Source: Octopus bimaculoides
Lineage: Eukaryota
Direction: 5' to 3'
Assembly: GCF_001194135.2 (NCBI RefSeq)
Contig: NC_068993.1
Location: 15,011,780 to 15,050,896, forward strand
Length of the DNA stretch: 39,117 nt
This document shows positions 1 through 10,746 of the stretch, piece after piece. Position numbers and translations under genes: made by a program. Each line of letters starts with the position of its first letter. Position 1 is the first letter of the stretch. Under the pieces are notes generated by a model that was not told the DNA's origin, did no database searches, and saw only the letters and a program-made list of their open reading frames with translations.

Positions 1-109
1 ATATATATATACGTATATTATTTATATTATTATATTATTGAACGTCATGTATCTTCTTCCATGTAAGTTTTATCTATCTGTATATATATATATATATATA
101 TATATTGCT

Positions 110-330
110 AGAAAAGACAACAAAAGAAACAAAGAGACCTCGATATTATGTAAATACAGGAATTTATCTGTAAAAATATGTGACAATTATTTGGTAGGCA
201 TGTTAAGATTCCGAGTTTCAGATGTCGGGGCGGAAACCCACGGCACCATCATTTCAGTTATAAAGCCATTGAAAATTCCTATGAAAATGACCGTTAATCA
301 AAGGGGAATTACTGTGTGGTTGACCATTAT
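110..330 (-). mobile_element. Decayed Penelope-like element terminus (possible end of the GIY-YIG ORF, hammerhead-like relic and AT-rich tail)
   Basis: The minus strand reads a TVIP-x-IN-x-HF-like peptide end (with a frameshift), then TTATAA-CTGAAATGATGG...ACATCT-GAAACTCGGAATC-TTAA. This is the layout expected at Penelope ends; matched by eye only. Confidence 0.35.
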
Positions 331-394
331 TAAGACAAATATACATATATACATATACGCATACGTATATATTCATACTTACATTTATACTTAT

Positions 395-545
395 ATACGC
401 ATATGTGTGCACAGCACCTCACGAAACGTATACAACAAAAAAGTACGAGGCACAAGTACATGGAACATGAACTATTCTTTCGAACAAAGAAAGACACAAA
501 TGGAAAACAAGACAAATAACATGCTGGCTGTTTTTCTAGTTTGGT
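395..545 (-). repeat. Copy of a dispersed repeat (family X); inverted relative to the copy at 700-850
   Basis: The reverse complement aligns with 725-850. On the plus strand, GTACATGGAACATGAA-TATTCTTTCGAACAA and TGGAAAACAA are shared with the reverse complement of the second copy. Confidence 0.7.
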
Positions 546-699
546 AATTCGAGTATTTCACGCGTTCGCCGCCACAACCTCGTTTAGGCTTAGCAGCCTT
601 TCCTATTTGTTTTCACTGTCCCGTTTTTGTTACCAATTTTGACCTTCCACAAAATCCCAAATTTTATTTAATCTTATTTGCGGGAGCAACTGTTTTATC

Positions 700-850
700 G
701 AAAACGTATATAGTTGTTAAATGCTCGTTTCTTATGGTGTTTGTTTTGTTTTCCATCTGCATTTTTTGTTGTTCGAAAGAATATTTCATGTTCCATGTAC
801 GCGTGCTTCGTACCTTTCTGTTGTACATGTTTCATGACGTCCTGTGTCCA
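700..850 (+). repeat. Copy of dispersed repeat family X
   Basis: Inverted homologue of 395-545. Loosely similar to 10590-10712 (TTGT-TGTTTTCCA...TGTCCA/TGTACA...TGACGTC end). Confidence 0.65.
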
Positions 851-2039
851 CATATGCATATGTATATACTTATACATATGCATTTGTATTATTATTTATA
901 TATTTGTATTATTATATATATTTTTGTATTATATATATTTTTGTATTATATATATATTTGTATTATATATATATTATATATATATTTGTATTATTATATA
1001 TATATGTGTATATATTTATGTACGTACACGTATCTATCCATACATATATATACTTTGTATGTATGTATGTATGCATGTATGTATATAGAAGGGTGAAGGT
1101 ATATCTATGCATGAACCGTTGTGCATAGGAAAGTATGAAGTCACGATTCTCAGAGACATAAACAAGTCAACATTTATATACTCATTTACTTAGGCATTTA
1201 CTTATATATACACATATATATTTACATGTTTATGTGTGTATGTATGTGCATGTGTGTGTATGCATGCACACGCGTCTTTATGTCTGAGTTCGTGTGTGTA
1301 CCTATGTGTGAACATATTTATGCTTTTCTGTTTGTGCTGTTTGTACGTGTTTTTATATATCTTGAATATTCCAATATTCGATGTATACACACAAATAAAA
1401 ACATGTATAAACACAAATCATTTTTAAAAAATCACAGATTTACATTCTCCTGGGTTATAAGTAAACGTCAAAAACAACAAATTTACCAAAAAAGTATTGA
1501 AACAAATGCCTTTGCAATTCATTGTGCTTATATGCGTTATTATAGTTTTCGATTTAATTCCCTTGTGTGTGCGTACACTCTCCTGTTTATAAGGAGAGAA
1601 CTATACACCAACAGCTTTTACAATATATTTCTAATCAATGTTAATGTTAAAAATATCTATTCCCCGAAGCAAAGCCTAATTAGTCGGCATTCAATTTGCT
1701 AGCACATAAAGCGGATAGGTTTTGAAATATCCATTTACAGAAAATTTATGACAAATAAAACACAGTCTGCTATTTTGCTTGCTTATATTTACAAACTCCA
1801 TTCTCCTTCTCATTAGGAAGTGTCACTATGAGCTTCATAAATATTTAGGATCAAATAGGATCAAATACAATTGAGCTCTGGCTTGTATTTTTCACCCTGC
1901 TTTCAATATATTTTTGTTCCTTTTCGTTTCGTTTTTAACTCGTATTTTCTATGTCTTTATTAAAACATTAATCTTCTAGCGTATACTAAATCTAAATTTA
2001 TATATCAATGTACATTTAAACATAGATGCATATATATGC

Positions 2040-2077
<38 letters not shown>

Positions 2078-2103
2078 TTGTGTATCTATGTGTATCTATG
2101 TGT

Positions 2104-2108
<5 letters not shown>

Positions 2109-2193
<85 letters not shown>
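2109..2193. repeat. (TA)n microsatellite within a larger TA/TG/TACA low-complexity field (~850-1330 and ~2020-2580)
   Basis: Read directly from the sequence. Confidence 0.97.
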
Positions 2194-2198
<5 letters not shown>

Positions 2199-2624
2199 CA
2201 TACGTATATATACATACATACCTTTATATATACATACATATCTATATACATATATCTATATATATATACATAACTATATATATCTATATCCATAGCTATA
2301 TGTATAAATATATACTTATTTATATATATAAATATATATATTTATACATACATACAAACATATTTAGATATATAAATATATATTTATTTATATATATGTG
2401 GGTGTCAATGCATACATGCTTACGTATCTGATTGTTATAAACTATAGATATACTTACATATATATACGGACACATAAACACACACAATGCCAACATATAT
2501 ATGCGTATTTGCATATATATATATGTTTATATATAAACTGTAAATATGTATATATATATATTTATATTTATATATATGTAACTCATGCCGGCATTTCGTT
2601 GCACCGTTTTACCTTACGAACACC

Positions 2625-2740
2625 ATACTCTCCTGAGGTTCTATTTTTGCCTTTAATCCCTGTAGAATCGATAAAATAAATGTTCCGTATTATCGATAAA
2701 TTAAATACTGGTGTTGTTTTAACCATTTACACACCAGTTC
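2625..2740 (+). mobile_element. Degenerate fragment of SINE family B (Nin/Deu-type central domain)
   Basis: GAGGTTCTATTTTTGCCTTTAATCCCTGTAGAATCGATAAAATAAA resembles the core GAGGTCGACTTTGCCTTTCATCCTTTCGGGGTCGATAAA seen in other copies here, e.g. 19433-19662. Confidence 0.5.
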
Positions 2741-2871
2741 CTCAAAGTCTACCCTTATCTGAAAGATTACGAGCCGACGTATATTAGAGAATATATTTAT
2801 GATGTTTTTATCATCTCTTAGTCATTATCTTTTACGAACGCTTTATTTCATGTAATACTATGTTATCCTAT

Positions 2872-3030
2872 TAAGGAAGCAAGCAACCAGAATCGACAGA
2901 GCGTCGGGGAAAAGGTTTTGCGCTGTATTTATTCTGGTTCATTACATTTTACGTTCAAATCATGTTGTAGTCCCCTTTGCCTTTCATTGTTTCAGGGTCG
3001 ATGAAACAAAGTAATGAGTTATGCGCTCAG
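2872..3030 (+). mobile_element. Degenerate SINE family B copy (tRNA-like head plus Nin/Deu-like domain)
   Basis: Head ...CAGAATCGACAGAGCGTCGG..., B-box-like CGTTCAAATC, and core TTTGCCTTTCATTGTTTCAGGGTCGATGAAACAAAGTA. Confidence 0.65.
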
Positions 3031-3165
3031 AGGTAGGGAGAAACATTTATCACTCAAAATCATGAACCTTGTTCCCAAGTTGAAAAAGACTATGCTTCCA
3101 TATATATATATTTATATATAGCGAGAGTGAGAGAGAGCGAGAGAGAAAAGAAGAAGTATATATGT

Positions 3166-3223
<58 letters not shown>

Positions 3224-3798
3224 GTGTGTGTGAGTGTATGTGTCTGTGTGTGTGTATGTGTTTCTGTGTATGTTTCTGTGTCTTTGTGTCTGTCTATGTG
3301 CACCACCCCAGTTTCATAACTATATTTGGTATGTTTACGTCCCTATATGTATACGAACAGATATACCTCATATCTGTATATGCAATAGCTTGACTGCAAA
3401 TGAAACGGGTAACTGCCAGAGAGGTTTCGATCTTTTCTAGGGATATCATCGGCAAACCGATTTTATACATAGACTAGCATTACATCTACTTTTACAAACT
3501 GTTTTCGATTATTCTTTCGGAATATTCTATATTCACAAATATCGTTCAAATTTCAGAAAAATATGGTATTAATATTTCGAGTCTTTCACTCTTATCGTTC
3601 CAATGAATCTATATTAAAAACAAGCCATCTCGTCTCACCGTATTGCCCTTGGTATAGTGTCGTGTACTTAAGAACAGTTACGTATACACACACGCATACA
3701 TACATATGCACATATATAAACTTAGATATGTATATGTGTGTTTATATTAGAAAGAATTAAATAGCAAATCCGTGAAGAGTTTTCGGGATATTTATAAT

Positions 3799-3853
3799 GA
3801 AATAGTCTTACAGCTGTTTCTTTGACATTATGGATATCCCTTCATTAGAGAGG
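3799..3853 (-). ncRNA. Degenerate minimal type I hammerhead-like motif at a probable Penelope-like terminus (probably inactive)
   Basis: The minus strand reads TCT-CTAATGA-(AGGGATATCCATAATGTCAAA)-GAA-ACAGCTGT-A-AGA. Stem III is palindromic, the triplet is GUA, stem I is 3 bp, and the core has a G5A change. Confidence 0.4.
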
Positions 3854-4181
3854 GTATGAGAAAATATTTGAGTTCGGATTATTTTGGAAAAGATAGGGAA
3901 TATAGAGGGAAATAAGAGAATAATAGTAGAAATAAGATATATAAAGAGTTCCATTATTCAAGGAAAATGGTGTATAAAGGTGGTAACAATGTTTCCTGTA
4001 CACGGTGTTTAAGTTCCAAGAGTAATTCATATTTAGTCATTTCAAAGCATGGAGCCGTGGAAATAGTGTTGCTCATTTGAAAGGGTTTTGTGGTGTGAAT
4101 ATATACGTGTGTATACATATATATATATATATGCACACATACAGACACACATATATCAATATATATATATATATATATATA

Positions 4182-4639
4182 NNNNNNNNNNNNNNNNNNN
4201 NNNNNNNNNNNNNNNNNNNNNNNNNNNNNNNNNNNNNNNNNNNNNNNNNNNNNNNNNNNNNNNNNNNNNNNNNNNNNNNNNNNNNNNNNNNNNNNNNNNN
4301 NNNNNNNNNNNNNNNNNNNNNNNNNNNNNNNNNNNNNNNNNNNNNNNNNNNNNNNNNNNNNNNNNNNNNNNNNNNNNNNNNNNNNNNNNNNNNNNNNNNN
4401 NNNNNNNNNNNNNNNNNNNNNNNNNNNNNNNNNNNNNNNNNNNNNNNNNNNNNNNNNNNNNNNNNNNNNNNNNNNNNNNNNNNNNNNNNNNNNNNNNNNN
4501 NNNNNNNNNNNNNNNNNNNNNNNNNNNNNNNNNNNNNNNNNNNNNNNNNNNNNNNNNNNNNNNNNNNNNNNNNNNNNNNNNNNNNNNNNNNNNNNNNNNN
4601 NNNNNNNNNNNNNNNNNNNNNNNNNNNNNNNNNNNNNNN
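4182..4639. other. Assembly gap (N run) flanked by TA repeats
   Basis: Run of N. Confidence 1.
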
Positions 4640-4734
4640 ATATATATATATAATATATGAGTAAATGCATATATATGTACATGTATGTACATACCTTCAT
4701 CTACATGTATATATATAGATGCATATCTGGGTAC

Positions 4735-4830
4735 ATGACGTTGCAAAAAAACATGGACAAAATGATAAACAAGGTACAGAAAACACACAGGCCACATAGA
4801 GAACATTTCCTTCATCAGGTGCCACCATTA
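4735..4830 (-). repeat. Repeat related to family X, beginning with CTGATGA
   Basis: The minus strand CTGATGAAGGAAATGTTCTCTATGTGGCCTGTGTGTTTTC aligns with CTGAAGAAAAAGTTCCATACGTGGCTTGTCTGTTTTC at ~10582-10620. Confidence 0.55.
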
Positions 4831-4932
4831 TAACACTAGCGTTGTTCCGCAAAGCTTTTTTTCATAACTTCTACGGACTGCTTGAAGCTCACTAACTTCC
4901 CTACATCCTGGTCTTTGGATCTTACTTTTACG

Positions 4933-5173
4933 TACATACATACATACATGGTGGTTGTCTACTCCTTAAACAGAGTTTGACCACCTCCTGCACCTACACC
5001 TTAGCCCTTTCATGGCGTCTGATGCGGCTCTTTAAACCAGACAGTGTTTTGAAAAAACACCCACACAGATTGCACCTCTGAATTGCACTACCAATACCTG
5101 CAAGTAAGTTCTGCTCATTATGGATCCTAACATGTCTTTTAAGACCCCCATTGGATTTGCAAACCCTCTGGCA
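4933..5173 (-). mobile_element. 5'-truncated 3' end of a non-LTR retrotransposon (RTE-like) encoding two C2H2 zinc fingers, with an (ATGT)n tail
   Basis: The ORF track gives CQRVCKSNGGLKRHVRIH...CNLCGCFFKTLSGLKSRIRRH, then a stop, a short 3' UTR and an ATGT tail; the second finger has lost a His. A fragment of a host C2H2-ZNF gene is less likely but not excluded. Confidence 0.6.
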
Positions 5174-5195
5174 CATACATACATACATACATACA

Positions 5196-5228
<33 letters not shown>

Positions 5229-7243
5229 GGAGGCAGAAACTTGTAAGCAATGGCAATCTCAGTATAAAAAAATGTGTAGTTTCATGGTTTTATTGAGAAG
5301 CTGGATTAGCAATTGATCGCAGCTGGAAACAGATACAGAACTGAAATAAAAAGTTCCTCTTTATGGTGGGTTTTCATTGAAATTAACTTAAGTATTATGA
5401 TTCACAATGTATTAAGATTTATAACTTAAAGTTTATTAGTAATAGTAACATTGCTCCAACATTGTTTTTTGTTTTTCTATTATGTTGTATGGTAAATCCA
5501 TATAAAATTATATGTATGTGTGTGTGTGTGCATGAATATGTCTGTGAGTTTATGAGCATATGCATTCATTCATACATATATACGTATGTATGTATTATTT
5601 AAGCATGTGTATGTATGGGTGTGTGCGTTTGTTCTTTTGCAAATTTAGGAAGAAAAATTGTTAAAGCAATATTTGCATGTAACTCTGTAATTCTGTAATT
5701 GGAATACGTGAACCAATGAGCATTGGGCTCAACATCCATTAATCACTCAGTCACGACACACATGATATGATGGTGGAAATTTATGAAAGCCTTTCACGGA
5801 AATATACCAATCCTACTTAATCCAACACTTTTATACGCGTTCAGAATCAGTAAAACAAATAAAAACCGAGATTATATTTCTGAAATTGGATTTAGATAGA
5901 GAATCATGCAGAAAAAGAAGGAAGGGAGACTAACAGACTGAAGCGAATTATATATTGAATAAATATAATAATATAATAAACAATATGGTATATAAACTAC
6001 AGCATTTCTCCCCTCTTAAAGAATTCCGATGGAACACTATAGAAAGACTGAAACAGTAAATGCTTCCAGCAGCAATAATTCTGTCGTTTAAATAAAAACT
6101 AAAACAGCGATTAGAAGAACACACGCAACGTGTATTGATTTCTCCTGATGTTCACTTGAAAGGGAGCAACAGTTTTCAAAACCGTATTCCCCCTGCTTCG
6201 TTGGCTGTGTACCAAACTATTCAGGACATATATAAATCAGAAACAAATATTCTTTTTTGTCGAAATACCCTAAACGTGATTTATTCGCTCGTATTGATAT
6301 CATGAGAGTGACTACTAAAGTAAAGAATTAAATGCGCCACGGGTATGATGAAAATCTGTAGAAATATAGTCGTTTATCATAATTGGAAGCCATTTTTCTG
6401 AGTGTTCTGTTGAATAATTTAAAATTAAAAACAAAGAAAAACATATAATAATGAAAGAGAGGGGAAAAAAAGAAGATAGAAAATTATGAAGTACAAAGGT
6501 AGAATCGTAAACTAAATGTAATAGAAAATGAAATAGATAGTATTGTTGGACGCGTCTAAAAGCTATCATTTTTAGACGTTCGTTTTTCATTGATAACTAA
6601 CAATGGGCTATTATCTCGAACTAAAAGTCCAGAAAATGACAGGAAATGGAGTCGTTTAAGTTCAATTAATATGAATTATTATGTACATTATAATGATAAA
6701 ACATTGTTCGGAGTTACACCATCGTTTTAGCTATAATATGTAGATATCCGTTGCGAACGTCGAGGAATAATTTAACAGTTACCATTAATGTGGTTATTCT
6801 GAAAATTTTTATTGAAGTGGTGTTAGTATTTTCACTAATCTTATAATACTTCTGTTAGGTGCTTTTTAATTTCTACAAGTTTATGACTTTCTGACGTCAT
6901 GAAATTATACGATTGTAAATATGGCTTTACTAGATTAATAGATATTACATTAGTGCAAAGTAAATGGATATCCGTCGGTTTTGACGTTGAGTACCCCAGC
7001 TGTTCGTTCATCAAACTTATCATATAATGATTCTTTTGTCGATGCAGCTGTGTTTACGTGAGAGGTTAAAGACATCGAGTCTATGTGAGCGAGGGGTTTC
7101 TTTAAGACTTGCAAGCTGTTTTTTTTTTCTGTTGTTTTTCATTTTTTGTCTGAACCAATGCATGGAGGATTTATGTTTCTGAGTTTGGTCTGTGAGTGGG
7201 AGGTTGAAGACCATGTCTAAAAGAATAGTTTCCATAACTTTTG

Positions 7244-7416
7244 CAGGTGTGTAGCTAGAGTGTGTACCACCCTGGGCAACCTCTGGGTTTGCTTCACCCC
7301 CACACTCGGGCCCCCAATCCTATACAAGCTTAGAGAGCAGTTTTGAAAGTGCCTCCCCTATAAAAGCGTTTCTCGGTGAGTAAAGAATTCCCAACAACCT
7401 CTTTGTTACGCTGTTG
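7244..7416. mobile_element. Short non-autonomous DNA transposon (hAT-type MITE), decayed
   Basis: Ends CAGGTGTGTAGCTAGA / CTTTGTTACGCTGTTG are compatible with a decayed CAGTGGCGTAGCTAG-type TIR (8/16 mutual matches). The flanking 8-mers AACTTTTG (7236-7243) and CCCTTTTG (7417-7424) match 6/8 as a TSD. Confidence 0.5.
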
Positions 7417-7437
7417 CCCTTTTGCTTTTTCTTACAG

Positions 7438-7449
7438 GTCAGTGATAAC
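7438..7449 (+). other. Candidate 12-nt microexon or recursive splice site
   Basis: CCCTTTTGCTTTTTCTTACAG|GTCAGTGATAAC|GTAAGT: a strong acceptor, a donor-like exon start, and a perfect donor 12 nt later. Confidence 0.3.
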
Positions 7450-8649
7450 GTAAGTGCGACGAAGAATTATTAGTTCTTAGCAATGCAAGTGCGTAGAAGA
7501 ATTATTTTTAGTACAGAACGTCTGATATCAGATCAATCAGCTGAAATGAAGTGACATAGATGAGGAGGATCCACGGAAACTGCGTAGGATATGATATTTT
7601 TGAATTATCATGATAAGACAATTTTCGGTGATGTGATGTTTGTAGAGAGTTTGATGGTTTCGTACAAACAGCGTGGAGAGTTGCACAATAGATCAAGGAG
7701 TAAGTGAAACATTTGTGTTTTCTTTCAGGGATGCAGAAAGGATATCAAGCTAATAATATAACGTGTTGATGCTTTTGAAAGGTTCGATTTCTACATCAAT
7801 ATAAAATATAAGCTTTAAAGGCACGAACAAAGATGTTCTTCAAAGAGGGAGGTCGTGTAGTGTATGAACTTGATACAAGAAATATATAGTGGCATATTTG
7901 ATGGTGGATGACGAATTTAAGAGAACAATAGAAGAATCAGATATATTTAAATAGCTGCGGAATTAAACATTGAGTCAGAGTAGCTGAAAGACTATGCTGC
8001 ATAGGAAATAGGCGAGTGAAAAAGTGAGTAAGATCTTGAAATGCATAGACACTCTCCATGTGTTCAAATATTGACAGTAGCGTCGACAACATAGATGACA
8101 TTCATAAATAGAGGGTGAAAACTAAGAGAGTGGAATAAGATTTCTGGTTAACAAATTAGTAACTGGAGATGTGTGAGTCCTTTGTTGGGTAGAAATCTCA
8201 GATATTAGAACACGCTAAAAATGATTTGTTTAGTGGTTTTTAGCATATAGAGGATCATAAATTCACGATTCCCTCTGCGCCGAAAGTCTGTCTCGTACAA
8301 CAGTACAGATTGAACATCCGCAAAGGGCACACGTGGTCCAGAAGAGGGGTATTAAACCGACTTGGTATGTCTAGCCTTACCAAGGAAAACACTGGCAGCC
8401 CTTTTACCCCGTAACCACGGAACTAGTTTGGCAACGCAGCTCCAGGCTTATCATTATCCAAGTTCAAGCAACAACGCATCAAAGGTGGTAGAATTTGTAG
8501 ATAACTGAGAAGAAATATATCAAATCAAATATAGTGAGCCACAAAGGTGCTTTCAATGAATTGTAATTAAATCACACACGGAAATAGGGAAATATTCTTT
8601 CATCTTAACGATATTATGTCTACGTAGTCGCTCAATTTACCCCATACAA

Positions 8650-8860
8650 GAAACTGCGACCTAATCACTCATGAAATACACTACACTATCTCTCCAAAAG
8701 TAAATGAATAACGCACTGAAAAATACAATACCACAATGTCATAATAACTGTGAATTAGAAGAAAGTATCATTACTGAAGGAATGATTCCGATTACAGGTT
8801 CATACATCAGGTTCGTTTGCGACCAAGCAACAAAGACGCCTTCCCAAAAAGGTAAAAGTG
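8650..8860 (+). mobile_element. Possible highly decayed piggyBac-like transposase fragment
   Basis: A KLRP...ITH-like segment (frameshifted) precedes EESIITEGMIPITGSYIRF, which weakly resembles the piggyBac KLRPLI...SIDESMIPYxG region. Weak. Confidence 0.25.
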
Positions 8861-9014
8861 GGAACTCAGAATCTGATTTCGAAATTATATAAAGAAATCA
8901 AATGAAGACATGCAGTGGAGTCCATTCGATTTTTAGTAAGTAGAGTGAATGAGAACGGTTGACGTCTGCGACCGATATAAACAGGTAGCCAGAAAAGATG
9001 GATTGATCTATCGA

Positions 9015-9041
9015 TAGATAGATAGACAGATAGATAGATAA

Positions 9042-9084
<43 letters not shown>

Positions 9085-9165
9085 TAGTTGGATAGAGAGA
9101 GATAGAAAGAGAGAGAGAGTTAGATAGATAGATAGACAGACAGACAGATGGATAGATAGATACGG
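9015..9165. repeat. (GATA)n/(GA)n/(GACA)n compound microsatellite, followed by a CT-rich tract at ~9217-9295
   Basis: Read directly from the sequence. Confidence 0.95.
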
Positions 9166-10318
9166 GAGGTGCTACAGTTTAGAGACTGTAGCCTTAAATA
9201 CAAAGTGCAAGGTATTACTCTCTTTTTCTCTCTTTATCTCCCTCTCTCTCTGTCTATCCCCTTCCTCTCTCTCTCTCTCTTTCTCTCTCTCTGACTCATT
9301 CCAGATGTTCTGCTGAATAAAGAGTGCGCAAATTTTAGAAACTGTTTAAGTCTGGTCGCATCTAAAACAATAGGCTATGACATAACTTTAAAGTACATCA
9401 TATTTATCAAGATTAAAAGAAGTTCATTTCAATTGTACTTAAAAGTACAGTTTGCATTACCTTGCAGGATTTTCAAAGCATTTTTTGAAATTCCTTCCTT
9501 GTGTTTACCATATAAGTATAATATTTTTAAATATGCTGACCAACATCATGAAAATCCCACGCCTCTTGCTAGCTTTCTATAAAAGCATATACGATTTACG
9601 GAAAGAAACAATTTATACGCGATGCATCTACATAAAATAATGTCTTTATAGTATTAGAACCTGAAAGGCCGCATATTTTGGTATCATACGAATAGAGATA
9701 TCCTATGATATCACAATCTCGTTTCTATCCATCAGTGTATCTCTGTCTGATTAGTATCCGCAAGAATGGCAATGTTTAATTAAAATAGCAATCTATGTAT
9801 TACACTAAACGCATGGACACTATCACTAGGCCAGTTACTGCAGTATTTCACCTGAGATAACAAATCTTTTAATCGTGGACTGTCGTTTCGAATGTGAAAC
9901 GGGATATACACACTGATGAACGGAAACAATCAAGAAAGTTAGCTTCCTGTATCTTTCGTTTATTTCCGAGGAGATTTCGTGTCGTTCATCTTTGAGAATT
10001 ACTGTTTTTTTAATTTTTTTTAATTTTTTTTTTTTTTTACAAGACGTGTCTTTAAACCGCTCTTGGGAAATACCGAAACTTTGCAGCGTGTAGAAACATG
10101 CATATAATTAACTATATGATATTGACAATGTTTATATATGTATTTATACATAATAAACACACATACGCACACACACACACACACACGTACACACATATGT
10201 GTGTGCATGTGTTTGTGTGCGTGTGTATGTGTATGTATATATGTATATATGAATGTGTGTGCGTGTGTGTGTGTATGTGTGTGTGTGTGTGTATGTGTGT
10301 GTGTGAAATTTTGTTTAG

Positions 10319-10440
10319 GTGAATCTAGTCGAAGAGAACTAATCAAATTTACGTTAACAAACGTAATTTGGAAAGTTCGAAACATAGGTCCTAGATTATC
10401 CACATCTGGGTTGCACATTTATTTAATGTTCTTCTTACAG
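10319..10440 (+). other. Candidate 122-nt exon with one open frame; alternatively its 3' end is a recursive splice site
   Basis: TTTTGTTTAG|GT GAA TCT...TTC TTA CAG|GTGAGA gives the peptide GESSRRELIKFTLTNVIWKVRNIGPRLSTSGLHIYLMFFLQ, which I do not recognise. Confidence 0.25.
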
Positions 10441-10574
10441 GTGAGATGAAATTTTCTAGGTTCGTCGCCCACAAAAAACTTTGCCAGTATATATGTATAT
10501 ATATATATATATATATAGATTATTCTAAGAGCGCGTCCTGCTTCATCTTCGAACCGCGTAGTTTAGAATAGAAG

Positions 10575-10711
10575 CAGCTGCTGAAGAAAAAGTTCCATAC
10601 GTGGCTTGTCTGTTTTCCAATGTGTTCATTCTGTTGTCCGTAAAAAAAAGTCCGTTTATTTGTGCTTCGTTCATGTTCCCGTTCCTTTTTTGTCCACGAT
10701 TTTTGACGTCA

Positions 10712-10712
<1 letters not shown>
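10575..10712 (+). repeat. Copy of dispersed repeat family X
   Basis: Starts GCTGCTGAAGA, ends TTTTTGACGTC; similar to 4735-4830 and 700-850. Confidence 0.55.

Positions 10713-10746
<34 letters not shown>

Noticed and set aside
3408-3460. Minus-strand CCGATGA-TATC...GATC-GAAACC hammerhead look-alike
   Set aside because: The core has a U4C change, there is no UH triplet, and the flanks pair in a register that consumes the core.
7695-7730. GGA|GTAAGT ... TTTCTTTCAG| donor-acceptor pair
   Set aside because: The implied intron is only about 30 nt, and the flanking frames contain stops.
8270-8490. GC-richer patch resembling a decayed SINE on the minus strand
   Set aside because: It is too degenerate to align confidently to any family in the window.
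9305-9580. 92-codon plus-strand open frame after a strong acceptor (CTGACTCATTCCAG)
   Set aside because: There is no good donor, the peptide is unrecognisable, and the acceptor derives from a CT microsatellite; a few frames of this length are expected by chance.
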